A DNA stretch of 64,000 nucleotides from contig CM075990.1 of assembly GCA_038087875.1 (NCBI GenBank), forward strand, positions 9,240,001-9,304,000, given 5' to 3'. How positions within the stretch are numbered: the first letter of the stretch is position 1; the number at the start of each line of letters is the position of its first letter. Positions 50,920 to 64,000 of this stretch are shown here, piece after piece. The translations under genes and the position numbers were made by a program. The notes under the pieces were generated by a model, which ran no database searches, was not told the origin of the DNA, and was given only the letters and a program-made list of their open reading frames with translations. Source of the stretch: Malacoraja senta (taxonomy: Eukaryota).

Positions 50920-52510
50920 GCAAAAAAAGACATGATGTGCTGGAGTAGCTCAGCAGGTATGGCAGCATCGCTGGAGAACAAGGATAGGCAACATTTAAGG
51001 TTGTGACCCTTCCTCAGACTTATTGTAGAAGGGGGTAAAAGGCTGGAAGAGGGGTGAGGCAAGACCAAGTCTGGTAAGTGATAGGTGGATACATAGATAC
51101 ATAGATACATAGAAAATAGGTGCAGGAGTAGGCCATTCGGCCCATCGAGCCTGCACCGCCATTCAATATGATCATGGCTGATCATCCAACTCAGTATCCC
51201 GTACCTGCCTTCTCTCCATACCCCCTGATCCCTTTAGCCACAAGGGCCACATCTAACTCCCTCTTAAATATAGCCAATTAACTGGCCTCAACTACCCTCT
51301 GTGGCAGAGAGTTCCAGAGATTCACCACTCTCTGTGTGAAAAAGTTTTTCCTCATCTCGGTCTTAAAGGATTTCCCCCTTATCCTTAAGCTGTGACCCCT
51401 TGTCCTGGACTTCCCCAACATCGGGAACAATCTTCCTGCATCTAGCCTGTCCAACCCCATAAGAATTTTGTACGTTTCTATAAGATCCCCTCTCAATCTC
51501 CTAAATTCTAGCGAGTATAAGCCAAGTCTATCCAGTCTTTCTTCATATGAAAGTCCTGACATCCCAGGAATCAGTCTGGTGAACCTTCTCTGCACTCCCT
51601 CTATGGCTATAATGTCCTTCCTCAGATTTGGAGACCAAAACTGTACGCAATACTCCAGGTGTGGTCTCACCAAGACCCTGTACAACTGCAGTAGAACCTC
51701 CCTGCTCCTATACTCAAATCCTCTTGCTATGAAGGCCAACATACCATTCGCTTTCTTCACTGCCTGCTGCACCTGCATGCCTACTTTCAATGACTGGTGT
51801 ACCATGACACCCAGGTCTCGCTGCACCTCCCCATTTCCTAATCGGCCACCATTTAGATAATAGTCTGCCTTCCCGTTTTTGCCACCAAAGTGGATAACCT
51901 CACATTTATACAGGTGGGGGTGCGGGGGGGGGGGGGGGGTGGGGGTGGTGATTAGCAGTTCTGTTTCTCCATTTCATGTGTACCCTCACTCTGGCAATGG
52001 AGGAAGACCCAAGACAGCAAGGTCAGTATGGGAATGGGAAGAGGAGTTAAAGTCCTTGGCCAACTAAGGACATGTGTTTAGCAAAACGGTCATCTTGTCA
52101 ACCCTTGGTGACACCGAAGTAGAGGTAGCCTGAGCATGAACACCGAATGCCAAAGATGAGGTTAGAGGGGATGCAGACCTCTGTCTAACTTGGACGGCCT
52201 GCTGGGGTCCTTGGATGGATGTGAGGAAGGAGGTATAGGGATAGATGTTACATTTCCTATGGTTGCAGCGGAAAGTAAATGGGTAGGGGTGGTTTGGGTG
52301 GGAAGGGATAAGTGAAACAAGGAGTTGCAAAGGGAATGGTCTTTGCAGAAAGCAGAAAGGGGTGGGGATGGGAAGATGTAACTGGTGGTGGGATCACATT
52401 GAAGGTAGCCGAATGTCGAAAAATGATGTGTTGGATGCACAGGCTATTGGGGTGAAAGTTAAGGACCAAGGGGACTCTATCCTCATTCCATTGGGAAGGA
52501 GGGGGGCACA
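50920..52510 (-). mobile_element. Older Penelope-like element split by a CR1
   Basis: DRVPLVLNFHP, CNHRKCNI; terminus at ~50925-51015. Confidence 0.75.
51089..51907 (-). mobile_element. Young CR1 LINE 3' end
   Basis: 182-aa ORF RDLGV...LVRPHLEYCVQFWSP...TRGHSL; tail (CTATGTAT)n. Confidence 0.93.
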
Positions 52511-52589
52511 TTATGAGCACATTTGAAAAAGTAATTTTAACTAGGCGCATGTGAAAGCTTCTTAAGACAGAAGCAAATACAGAGGACAG

Positions 52590-53200
52590 ACGACCCGATG
52601 TTCAGGCCCTCTCGCCGGGATGATCGGAGCACCGGCGTCGGAACGGAAGAACACTATCAGCGGCTTGGAGTTTCCGAATCAGCCACTTCTTACCGGAGAC
52701 CGCGGCTTCCGAGTCCACAGGCCGAGCTGGGTGGAGCTCCAACACTGCCGATCCCCGGCAAAGGATCCCAGGAATCAGCGATGTCAAAGTCAGCGCCGTC
52801 CGCGGCTGGAAGCTCCGCAGACCACAGTTCCATTGTGTTAAAGTCAGCAGGCCCAACACTCCGGAGCTTCACACGGCGATCCCGGGTAAGGCATCGCCCG
52901 CTCCGCGATGGTAAATCAGTGCTGCGCCGCTGCTGAAGCTCTGGCCGGTCTCCGGCAGGAAAGGCCGCGCCAATCCAGATGGTAGGGCGCGAGGGGGAGG
53001 GCGAAGATGTGACTCGGAGAATAGACGCATCCTCGACCAGAAAGTGACTGAGAAACGGTTTCCCCTCTTTCCCAATCCCACGCACCCACTTAAAAAAGAC
53101 TAAGAAACCTCCAGAAACATACTTTAAGACAGACTAAAAATAACAAAAAGGGTGAAAGGACTTTCAGCTGCTGGCATGGCTGCCGCGCGCGGCGCCACCC
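52590..53200 (-). mobile_element. Non-coding structured retroposon, copy D (3' end lost)
   Basis: Colinear with copy C (GCGGAGCGGGCGATGCCTT; CCGACGCCGG; CCCGGCGAGA..GGCC; CATCGGG). Confidence 0.75.
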
Positions 53201-54313
53201 GATTCAGAGATTCAAGGCAGGAATCTCTGAGAAATTGGTTATCCAAGTTCTTTTGTAAATGAACGAGAACAGATTAGCATAAATGAGTCTCAATAGATGG
53301 AGGGCAACTTTACACCTTGATAAATAATCAAAAGAAAGGCTTCACCAGATAAAGATTGAATTGCAAGTGGAAGACCTGGCAGGTTACAGACTAACCCATA
53401 TTTTGTCTATCAAGTATCCTGGCAAAGTGTTCCATGAAAAAATACTGGTTTAAAAAATTCTCACCTGAGAAAATGACGTGTCCCAATACATTAAAGCTAA
53501 AAATTGTAAAGCATTAAAACACAAATAAATGTAAAATCTATCTCCAGTGCTTGCACATTTCTCTACCAATCCAATCTATGCATATCATTTAATAATACTA
53601 CTACAAATTAAATAGCATGTCAATTTGTTAGCAGTGAATGTGACCTTCACTGTTATCACAGCTTCCGCCTGTCAAAAAATGAGTTTGCTCAAAATTATCA
53701 TATGATAAACTATGAAGTATAATTACAGAGAAGCCCAAAGCAAAGCTTGATTTATCACAATGCAATAGTAACTGTGGCACACGATAACACGGATTGTCCC
53801 TCCAGTCACTGCAGATTATAGATATTTCACATAATCTTTTCTCTCAGCACATCCTTCTTAACTATTCAGTTACAATGTTTGCAAGGAAAATAAAAAAAGT
53901 TTTTTTAATCAAGCAACAGTATCAATTCACATTGCATGAATACATAATTCAAATATTCTAGTGGTATATTCTTCATATTAAACCATTTATTAAAAAATAC
54001 GGAAGAATATTCGACTTTGAAATGATAAAAATCACTACTTGGCTGATGTGATGCTCCACAAGAAGTTTACATGACAAATTATTTGATTGGAACAGCTTCC
54101 ACAGTTAATGCTTTAGGTATATCCATAATGGTCATTGTTGATCAAACTTGAATCTTCGTAGCCTGTACTGAAACAAAAATTACAAAAAGATAAATCTGTG
54201 GAAGCTAGCTTCCATGAAATTTTACCTCTTGGAATGGCCGTGGGTCATGCTCCAATCAAAAAATAAACAATCTTCAGTTTACTTTTGACATTCATACAGC
54301 TTGCAAAATGGCT

Positions 54314-55015
54314 GTAGATAGACACAAAAAAGTGGAGTAACTCAGCGGGACAGGCAGCATCTCTGGAGAGAAGGAATGGGTGACGTTTCGGCTCAAGGCC
54401 CTTCTTCAGACTGGTTGGGGATAACGGGAACGAGAGATATGGACGGTGATGTGGAGAGATAAAGAACAATGAATAAAAGATATGCAAAAAAGTAACGATG
54501 ATAAAGGAAACAGGCCATTGTAAGCTGTTTGCAGGGTGAAAATGAGAAGCTAGTGCGACTTGGGTGGGGGAGGAATAGAGAGAGAGAGAGGGAATGCCGG
54601 GGCTACCTGAAGTAAGATAAATCAATATTCACACCACTGGCTGTAAGCTGCCCAAGCGAAATATGAGATGCTGTTCCTCTAATTTGCATTTAGCCTCACT
54701 CTGACAATGGAGGAGGCCTAGGACAGAATGGTCTGTGTAGGAATGGGAAGGAGAATTAGTGTCCAGCAACCGGGAGATTAGGCACGCTCAGGCTGGCTGA
54801 GCGAAGGTGTTCCACAAAACGATCGCCTGGTCTGCGTTTGGTCTCGCCGATGTATAAGAGTCCACATCTTGTACAACGGATACAGTAGATGAGGTTGAAG
54901 GAGATGCAAGTGACCCTCTGCCTAACCTGAAAGGACTGTCGGGGTCCCTGGACAGAGTTAAGGGAGGAAGTATAGCGACAGGTGTTGCATCTTCTGCGGT
55001 TGCAGGGGAAGGTAC
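54314..55015 (-). mobile_element. Penelope-like element
   Basis: NLIYCIRCTRCGLLYIGETKRR; hammerhead-like core at 54382-54409. Confidence 0.9.
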
Positions 55016-56150
55016 AATGCCATTCAGCCCAACTCATCCATGCTGATTAAGATGCCTATCTAAGGTAATCCCAAGTGCCCGTGTTTGACACATATCCACC
55101 TGCATGTTTTCTGCCTATGTACCTGTCAAAATGTCTTATAACTGTTGTAATTCTTTCTAACTCAACCACTCGCTCCATATTTCAATAAAACACAAAAAAA
55201 AGTTGCCCCTCATGTTCCTATTAAATAATTCCCCTCTCACCTCAATCTTTGCCCATTAGTTCTTAATGCCCCAACCCGGGGGAAAGAAAAAACTGTTTCC
55301 CACAATTCTATACACTTCTACAAGATCACCCCTCAGCCACACAGGCTCCAAGGATAAAAGTCTCAGCTTGCCAATTTTTTTCTGCACTCTTTCAGCATGA
55401 CATCTTTCCCTAAGAAGGATAACTAAAACAGGACATATTAACCTCACCATATAAATGCAACATAACATCCCAACTTCTGCACTCAATGTCCTGACTGACT
55501 CACAAGTGTGCCAAAAGCCTTCTTCGCCATCCTGTCGACCTGTGACTTCAATTTCAAGGAATTATGGTCCCACTGTTCTACTGCAAGCCCAATGCCCTAC
55601 CATTCACCATTCATTGTGAAGCCCCTATTCTGGTTGGACCTCCTAAAATACAGCCCCTCACATTTACTTGAATTAAACTCCATTTGCCATTTATTTTCTA
55701 CCTTCACTAACATGCGGTCCGCAGGGAGCACTGCAGAGATTACTACCTTTGATGACTTGTTTTTGAGCTTTTGCCCAGCTCCCTCCCTATATTCACTCTG
55801 CAGGAGCTCATCCCTTTTTCTACCGATGTCATTTGTGCCAACGTGCACGACAACCTGACTGCTCACCCTCTCCCTTGAGAATGTTCTGCAGCCACTCAGA
55901 GACATCCTCGACCTGGAACCAGGGAGACAACAGACCATCCTGGAATCCCATTGCAGATTCAGAATCTCTTCACTGTCCAGTCGCCTATCGCAATAGCACT
56001 ATTTGACTTCCCCGCAGTGCATCAGAGTCAGTTGTGATGCCACAGACCTGGCTGCTGATGTTTTTTCCTGAACGACCAACCCCTTCTCCAACCCCGTACT
56101 CCATCCCCCGCCCCACACACCCCTGAAATGGTATACACGTATAATGTTCA
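55016..56150 (-). mobile_element. CR1 fragments including ORF1 SGNH-esterase piece
   Basis: VCCLPG...VVVHVGTNDIG; KWQMEFN; LRGDLVEVYRI. Confidence 0.75.
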
Positions 56151-56417
56151 GGACCCAAGGTGTTTTCGGGCTTTATTTTATTTATTACTACATTGGCATA
56201 AACAACCACACATTTACTGGGCATGTTTGGATGATTGTGGTGGTGACACGGTCCTTGCCCTTGCTCTGGTGCAGAGAGAATTGGTGAGAATGAGGCTCCC
56301 ATGTAAAGTTTGAAAAAATATTGAATTACCCACAAATAAAAAGTTAAATTAAAAGTCAAGCAACTTTGAGAGAACAATCTTCTGATGAATATTCTCACAT
56401 ATTTGGAAGGCAACGTA

Positions 56418-56925
56418 CACCAGCAAGCCCTCCTTCGCCTACTGCACGATTCAGTTGATGCGGCTGTTGTTGCAGCTCATGTTGTAGCATCTAGGGACAG
56501 CATTTTCTTCAGGCCGCAGCCACCGACAGGATGCGCTCGGTCACCGTAGGGCTCCCTCCCTGTCGCCTGCTTCAACTATCTCCTTCACTTTGTCCGCTCC
56601 TTCCCCCCCCACCCCCCCCTGCTGTTCCGTTACTCTGCACACTCGGCCTCTGCCCCCCTCCACCACTGCCTCCTCCTCCTCCCCCGGAGTTGCAGATATA
56701 CTCCACTTTGGAAGATGTCGGCGGCTGTGGGGGAGAAGGAGGAGGCGGCGGTGGTGGCAGTCAAGCGGGAAGCGGACATAGCGACGGTTAAGAGGGGAGT
56801 GCGCCCCACGGTGACTGAGGGTGTATTGATGTTGGCAGCGGCCTGAAGAAAGCACAACCAGCCAGGGACTATGACGTGAACTGCAACATCACCCACTTCA
56901 ACATTTGAAGAAAGGCTCGCTGGTG
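56418..56925. repeat. ~500-bp degenerate inverted repeat (fold-back)
   Basis: Several nested complementary blocks around a centre at ~56707, including perfect TTTCTTCAGGCCGC (56504-56517) / GCGGCCTGAAGAAA (56838-56851). Confidence 0.8.
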
Positions 56926-56967
56926 CAGACCAGCGTCATCAGCGCCTAGTTTTAACGTGAACTGATG

Positions 56968-57112
56968 CAAAGTGCTGGAGTAATTCAGCAGACTGAAATG
57001 GTTAGGTCCCGAAATCACCTAACCATGTTCTCCAGCGATGCTGCCTGACTCACTGTTACTCCAGCACTTTGTGTCCTTTTGTGTATTAACCATCATCTGC
57101 AGTTCTTTGTTT
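56968..57112. mobile_element. Short inverted Penelope-like termini
   Basis: CAAAGTGCTGGAGTAA ... TTACTCCAGCACTTTG. Confidence 0.6.
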
Positions 57113-58820
57113 CAACTACATACAATGATAATACCTTAATCAGTTATAGCGGACAAGCAGCAATAACGTACACCTGTCCCTCCTTTGTTCCGTTATAACG
57201 AGGGTTTGCTATATTTTTGAAATAATATCTTAATATAGAAATATGCAGCCAATCTACAAAAAGCAAGGTCCTCTAAATTGAAAAGTGAATTAGTAAGAGA
57301 ATAATTAAGAGCATTTAGTGACATTGGTTTACAGATATGTAACATCCAAGTGAGTTATTTTCTTTAAACTACACAACATCAGAAGAAATGTTGCTATTGC
57401 TGACAAAGCACAATATTATAATTTACTCAGTTCATTGTGCAGCAGTACAAAGCATTAAAGCTTTGAGCTTTATGTAGACATTTGCGAATGATCAAATAGT
57501 TGTGTGCACAGTAAAGCTTTCTGGAGGCCCAACAGATCTTTCCCCCCTTCAATTGTCATTGTTAGCACAACTGGAAAAATATGTAAAACTATGCTCAGAT
57601 CTCATATGCATCATCAGCATCACGTAGCTTCCAATTTAATCAGAACAAACAAATTTGCATTCATTGTCCAATGAACTTTTAAAGGAGGGTGCATAGAGTC
57701 CGTCACATTTCAAAGCTTGCTGCTTTTCTTAACCTCGAGATATTAAGAAAAAAAGCTACCAAGGAAGAACATAAATGCTTAAATTCATCTGGAGTGCTTT
57801 CCCTTTATTACATTTCCGAAGAGATGTTGTCCCAGTATTGCACTATCCACAAGTATATTACCACTTGAGGCTTTTGTGCACTAATTTCCTCCTATCATAA
57901 AGCAAATGAAGAAACTGAGGTAATTGGAAACTTTGATGACAGGAAGGTGACATGTACAAATTCTACCAAGGTGTTTGAGAAAGTCCTGCAAAACAGCTGA
58001 GATGGAAAGCGAAAATGGCCTCCAAGTAAAGGCGCCTTGATCGAAAAATTTGCTTCCTGGGGAAAAATGAGGAAAAATACAAATTTTAAGGATGAACACT
58101 GTGCATAGTGGAGTTCTGCAGGTATAGGGTCCTTATTTCTCCTGATATATATTAATATCTTCAACTTGAATGTGGGAGCCATGATTAAGAAAATACCTCA
58201 TTGGAATTGTACTTGTGTGGAGGAAAGTATGAAATTGCATTAAGCTTGCAATGGATTGGTTGGATGAACATAACAATGACAAATGGAATTTACTTTGGTA
58301 GAGTTTAAATATATGGTTAAAGGTGAGGAAATAAAACAGCCAAAATATATTATAAGATTATAAGATTGCAGAATTAACATTGTGAGGTCACAGCTAGAAG
58401 ATCATATATTGCACTGGTCACCTCACAACATAAAAAATATGAAAGCAGTAGAGAAATTGACCAGATTTTCTTCAGAACATTAACTGGAAGGAGATTTAAT
58501 GAAGGTGTACAAAATTATAAAGAGACTTGGACAGTGTGAGCAGATAGAATCTAATTTAATTGCTTGATGCATCAATGATTAGTGGACAAATGGACATTGA
58601 TTTAAGTTAACGTTGGAGGATTGAAGGACATCGTGGACAAAATGTTCTCACCTAAGCAGTCATGAATCTGGAAAAAACTGCCCAAAAATATATTTAACAC
58701 AAAAACTCTTATTACATTGAAATAGTGCATGGAGGAAGAGTTGTAAGCTCCAAAACTATAGTCCAAGAACTGGAAAATGAGAGAAATATTTAATTGTCAT
58801 GTGCACCACGAACAAAACAT

Positions 58821-59290
58821 GCGTAGGCTTGGCGATCGCCTCGCCGAACACCTCCACTAGGTCCGATATAACCAACCTGATCTCCCGGTGGCTCAGCACT
58901 TCAACTCCCCCTCCCATTCCGAATCCGACCCTTCTGTCCTGAGCCTCCACCATGGCCAGAGTGAGGACCACCGGAAATTGGAGGAGCAGCACCTCATATT
59001 TTGCTTCGGCAATTTATACCCCAGCGGCATGAACATTGATTTCTCCAATTTCAGGTAGCCCTCACTGTCTCCTCCCCTTCTCAGCTCTCCCTCAGCCGTC
59101 TGGCTCCTCCTCTTTCTTTCTTCTTCCCGCCCCCCCCTCCCCCCACCCCCACCCTACATCAGTCTGAAGATGGGTTTCGGCCCAAAACGTTGCCTATTTC
59201 CTTCGCTCCATAGATACTGCCGCACTCGCTGAGTTTCTCCAGCACTTTTGTCTACCTTCAATTTTCCAGCATCTGCAGTTCCTTCTTAGA
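58821..59290 (+). mobile_element. Penelope-like element inserted in a short Rex1-type tail
   Basis: RRLGDRLAEHL...PVAQHFNSPSH; hammerhead-like core at ~59164; flanks ATTGTCATGTG / AAATTCTTACTCGCTGCAGC match the Rex tail. Confidence 0.85.
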
Positions 59291-59578
59291 CAAATTCTTA
59301 CTCGCTGCAGCTTTACGGGCACATTAACAAAATAAAATAGCCTCATTTATAACCAGTATAGTTCGACAAGCCAAATGGCCAGCTCAACACTGTTAAATTC
59401 TGTGATTCCTGAAAAATGTGAGCAATGTGAATTAATTGTATTAGTTTATTACCTGATCCCAATCTTGCCAGTTCATTTCTAGCCCCTGCATTTAAGACCT
59501 TTTCAGTTCCAGTGTCTCCATTTCCATTTGGAACTGTATTAAAATGAAGCACGAGAGCCTGGCTCCACAACCAAGTTA

Positions 59579-59922
59579 ATAATAATAATAATAATAATGG
59601 ATGGGATTTATATAGCGCCTTTCTAATACTCAAGGCGCTTTACATCGCATTATTCATTCACTCCTCAGTCACACTCGGTGGTGGTGAGCTACTTCTGTAG
59701 CCACAGCTGCCCTGGGGCAGACTGACGGAAGCGTGGCTGCTAATCTGCGCCTACGGCCCGTCCGACCACCACCAATCACTCACACACATTCACACACAGG
59801 CAAAGGTGGGTGAAGTGTCTTGCCCAAGGACACAACGACAATATGCACTCCAAGCGGGATTCGAACCGGCTACCTTCCGGTTGCCAGCCGAACACTTAGC
59901 CCATTGCGCCATCTGTGGTCCC
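59579..59922 (-). mobile_element. Full-length tRNA-derived CORE-like SINE with L2-type tail
   Basis: A box TGGCGCAATGG, B box GGTTCGAATCC, CORE-like GTCCTTGGGCAAGACACTTCACC, tail TGTAAAGCGCCTTGAG...AAAGGCGCTATATAAAT then (ATT)n. Confidence 0.9.
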
Positions 59923-61234
59923 GATGGCGCAATGGGCTAAGTTAGAAAGTGAAGAAGCAGAGACTGACCGCTAGGCCCAAGGATGCATGTTCTGAAGGAA
60001 TGCCACCAGAATTCCCTGGTTACCTTTTGACTTCCAAGTCATATAAAAACAATTCAAAATTGCAAATATCTTAAAAATAAGAAAATACATTTTCTTTACG
60101 ATAACTTAAACTATTAGAAATTATAAATTTAAAGTAAACTAAATAAACCATAACTTTTTCAACCATGTCAGCAACTCCATTTAAGTGAATAAAGTCCGGC
60201 TTGAAACATCAGCCTTAAAGGAGCAAAGTGCAATAGGTCTGGAAAGAGCAGGTTGTAGCTCCCCCTACTGAAAACTTTCCAACATTCTTTCCCCAGTAAT
60301 GTGAACATGTTCTGTATGCTTCTAATTAATGTTTGATCACCAACAATTTTTCATTCTCACAGTCTCAAGCCTTCTAAAAATATTTGATGTATCTTATACC
60401 CTGGCTCTGCTCTCTCCCCTTTCATTCCCAGTTTAATTTTTCAGTGAATGGAAACATCTAGATAATATATCATTTGAAAGAAATTGAGGAACAAGTTGAC
60501 AAATTTAATGATAAATATTAATGTAAATATGTTGTGAAGAAAAATTACTCATAATTTCCATGGCGGCAGCTAATCTTTAGGAGGGTGGTGTTCACAAAAT
60601 GAGAAATAATGAGACAATTATAGATCAAACTTCCATCTTCCATTTTTCCCAATGATTTATGAGGCACAACAGGTAAAAAATGTTCCATTTATTTCTTGGT
60701 CTCCCCTTCCTTGCAATATAAAATTTGTCAGTTTTCTTTATTTTCCTAGTTCTGACATAAGCTTATGACCGAAAATTAACCGTTCCTTTCTCCGCAGATG
60801 TTGCCTGGCCTGCTGTGTATTTCCTCACTTTGTTTATATTTCTGATTTAAATCATTGGATTTTTGTTCTCTTTTCAGTTGTTTATTGCAGACCTGCAATC
60901 ATGAAATATTTGTATGAAAGAACGTTCACAAAATACATTGGCCTTGGAGTTATTGAAAAAAGCCTTCACCTTATCGACCATATTTGGCAGTCATTCAAGC
61001 AAATTATCAACAGTAATTATTACGCAGGCCTGTAAAAAAAGATAACTAGATACATATTTATTGCGCATATCCTTCTCTCATACCACTTAAAGAATCTAAA
61101 TCTAAACTTTATTGTTTAAAGAAGCATTCTACTTCACTTTTGCTTATAATTCTATAGCCCCACTAATGCTATTATTTGCAGCCATAAAAGTACCATAAAC
61201 ATTTAGTAACTCCATATAGAGATCTGTCTCTTTA

Positions 61235-62424
<1,190 letters not shown>

Positions 62425-63444
62425 ACACATATATACATATATTCAGTCATTCAAGATGTTGTTCCAGGTGGAGGGCAAAGGGTGACATGTTTGCTGTTGG
62501 ATACAGACTCTCACTATTGTGCTAAAATTATAAAAAATACAAATAAATTGGAAAGAGAGTATGACTCATTTATGTTCATCCAACCAGATAGCTTCCATAT
62601 TTCTCATCCTTTCTTTCTAACAAATTGTCCAACTGCTTCATGATTCTTACCTCAAATGCTCCATTGGGAGGATTTTAGATTTGGCATTGACAATTTTTTT
62701 TAAAGACGGTCCTAATTGCAGTTCTGTATTTATTGGAGGGAACCCATATCCCATTATATGCTTTCATATCGCTTTCATATCTATTTTTAAAGCTATGTCC
62801 TAAATCCACTTTTTTTTTACACAACTGTCTCTTCTAATTAAGCCATTAACAATTAATGCTTAAACATATTACAATTATCAATGGCAATAAGAACATGAAA
62901 CAGCAACAAAAGTCACATGGCTCCCTCATGGGTCAATAAGGTAAAAAAGTTATTCTCCACTTTTTACTAAACTTCATACATTTGAATTTGATTTTATTTT
63001 CAAAATATCTTTGGTATTTGTTTTGATATCTATCTGCTTATAAAATAAGTAAACTAGTACATTATATACAGAGAAAGATGGCTGCACACACACTCATATT
63101 GGAATAAAAAACAGGAATGATTTATTTCCAAGTCATAGTTCACTGACTGATTTACTGAGCATGTGCGAGAATTAGTACAGCTCATACGCATAAATTACAT
63201 GGATATCGTCACATCCTTTCCGTTTTGACATCTTGAGATTACATTTCCAACAATCCAAAAACAAAGTAAACTTAAACACTTTTTTTAATACTAAACCGTA
63301 GTAATATGGTTTAACTTAACAGAATAAAACTGTTCTGTCTTATTTCACAATTTCAATCATAGTCACACTTGTGACATTTCAATAACGTAAACTAATGTTC
63401 ACATGCTTTCTTCTCATAAGCAAGTAGGTACATCACAGCAAAAC

Positions 63445-64000
63445 ACTTTTCTGGCGGTCTGACAACTCTACCTGCCCTAGTCTTTGTGATGGTGTTTCTT
63501 TCAGAAATATCTTTCTTTTCAGTAGGTACATTCTATGCATCACTTCTAGTTTCTTCTCTTGTGTCACTGTTTTTGTTTAGATTTCTCCGTGTTAAGTTGC
63601 ATCTTGTTCTGGTGATGCATGCTGTGTTGGTATTTTCCATGTCAGCTGAGGTTGCAAAGGTGTCCCAGTCTTTTCCACGTCTGGTGGTTTCTCTGGAGTT
63701 ATGTGTGGAGGTAGTTCTCCGGTCTCCTTCAGATCCACTTGATTACTTCGGATTAGAAGTCCTGACTCTCTCGACTTCGTATGATCTCTTATCCAGTCGT
63801 CTCTGAACTGTTGCGCTCTGCCATCTCTGCCATATAGGGTTTGAGTCTAATGGCATCACCTTCTTCCAGGATTGGCAGATCCTTGGCATGTCGGTTGTAG
63901 ATTTTTGACTGTTTTCCTTGCAAATCCTTCATCTTTTTCCTCTCTTCTGTGAGTCTCAGCACCACGTAGTTTGAGGAGGTTAGATGTAGTTGGAAGTGTC
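63445..64000 (-). pseudogene. Old Gypsy (Mag-like) integrase C-terminal remnant, continues beyond the window
   Basis: Minus strand reads KQSKIYNRHAKDLPILEEGDAIRLKP...KRSYEVE...TKTRAGRVVRPP, parallel to the integrase tail of the 7.4-11.5 kb element; frameshifted. Confidence 0.7.

Noticed and set aside
59845..59922. tRNA gene with A/B boxes
   Set aside because: Continues into a CORE-like body and L2 tail; it is a SINE head
60966..61042. Minus-strand acceptor/donor pair
   Set aside because: Stops in all three frames; a non-coding exon cannot be supported from sequence alone
62640..62860. Possible L1/Tx1 RT trace (ALKIDMK) on the minus strand
   Set aside because: Single short motif, too degenerate to call

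Overview
Repeat-rich eukaryotic DNA with no recognisable host protein-coding exon, so probably intergenic or intronic. The repeat mix (HE1/V-SINE, HER1-like CR1, abundant Penelope, Rex1/Babar, L2) suggests a cartilaginous fish, probably a skate or ray; this is an inference. Nearly all listed ORFs are transposon debris or spurious. Main observations: (1) Four diverged copies of a GC-rich non-coding retroposon family with no tRNA head. They share a 5' GGAAAC/hairpin (possible pseudoknot) module and, where intact, a covarying 3' hairpin, but end in different LINE tails (Rex1-type versus L2-type). (2) A young 4.1-kb Mag-like Ty3/Gypsy element whose primer-binding site copies about 35 nt of tRNA-Leu, well past the usual 18-nt m1A58 stop, and joins almost directly to the Gag zinc knuckles with no capsid domain. 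(3) An L2-tailed tRNA SINE with a perfect 20-bp snap-back at its 5' junction. (4) A 90-bp hammerhead-core insertion with a 15-bp TSD. (5) Harbinger-like MITEs, an IR/DR Tc1 relic, a Helitron and a degenerate fold-back of about 500 bp. All alignments were done by eye; boundaries without a TSD are approximate.
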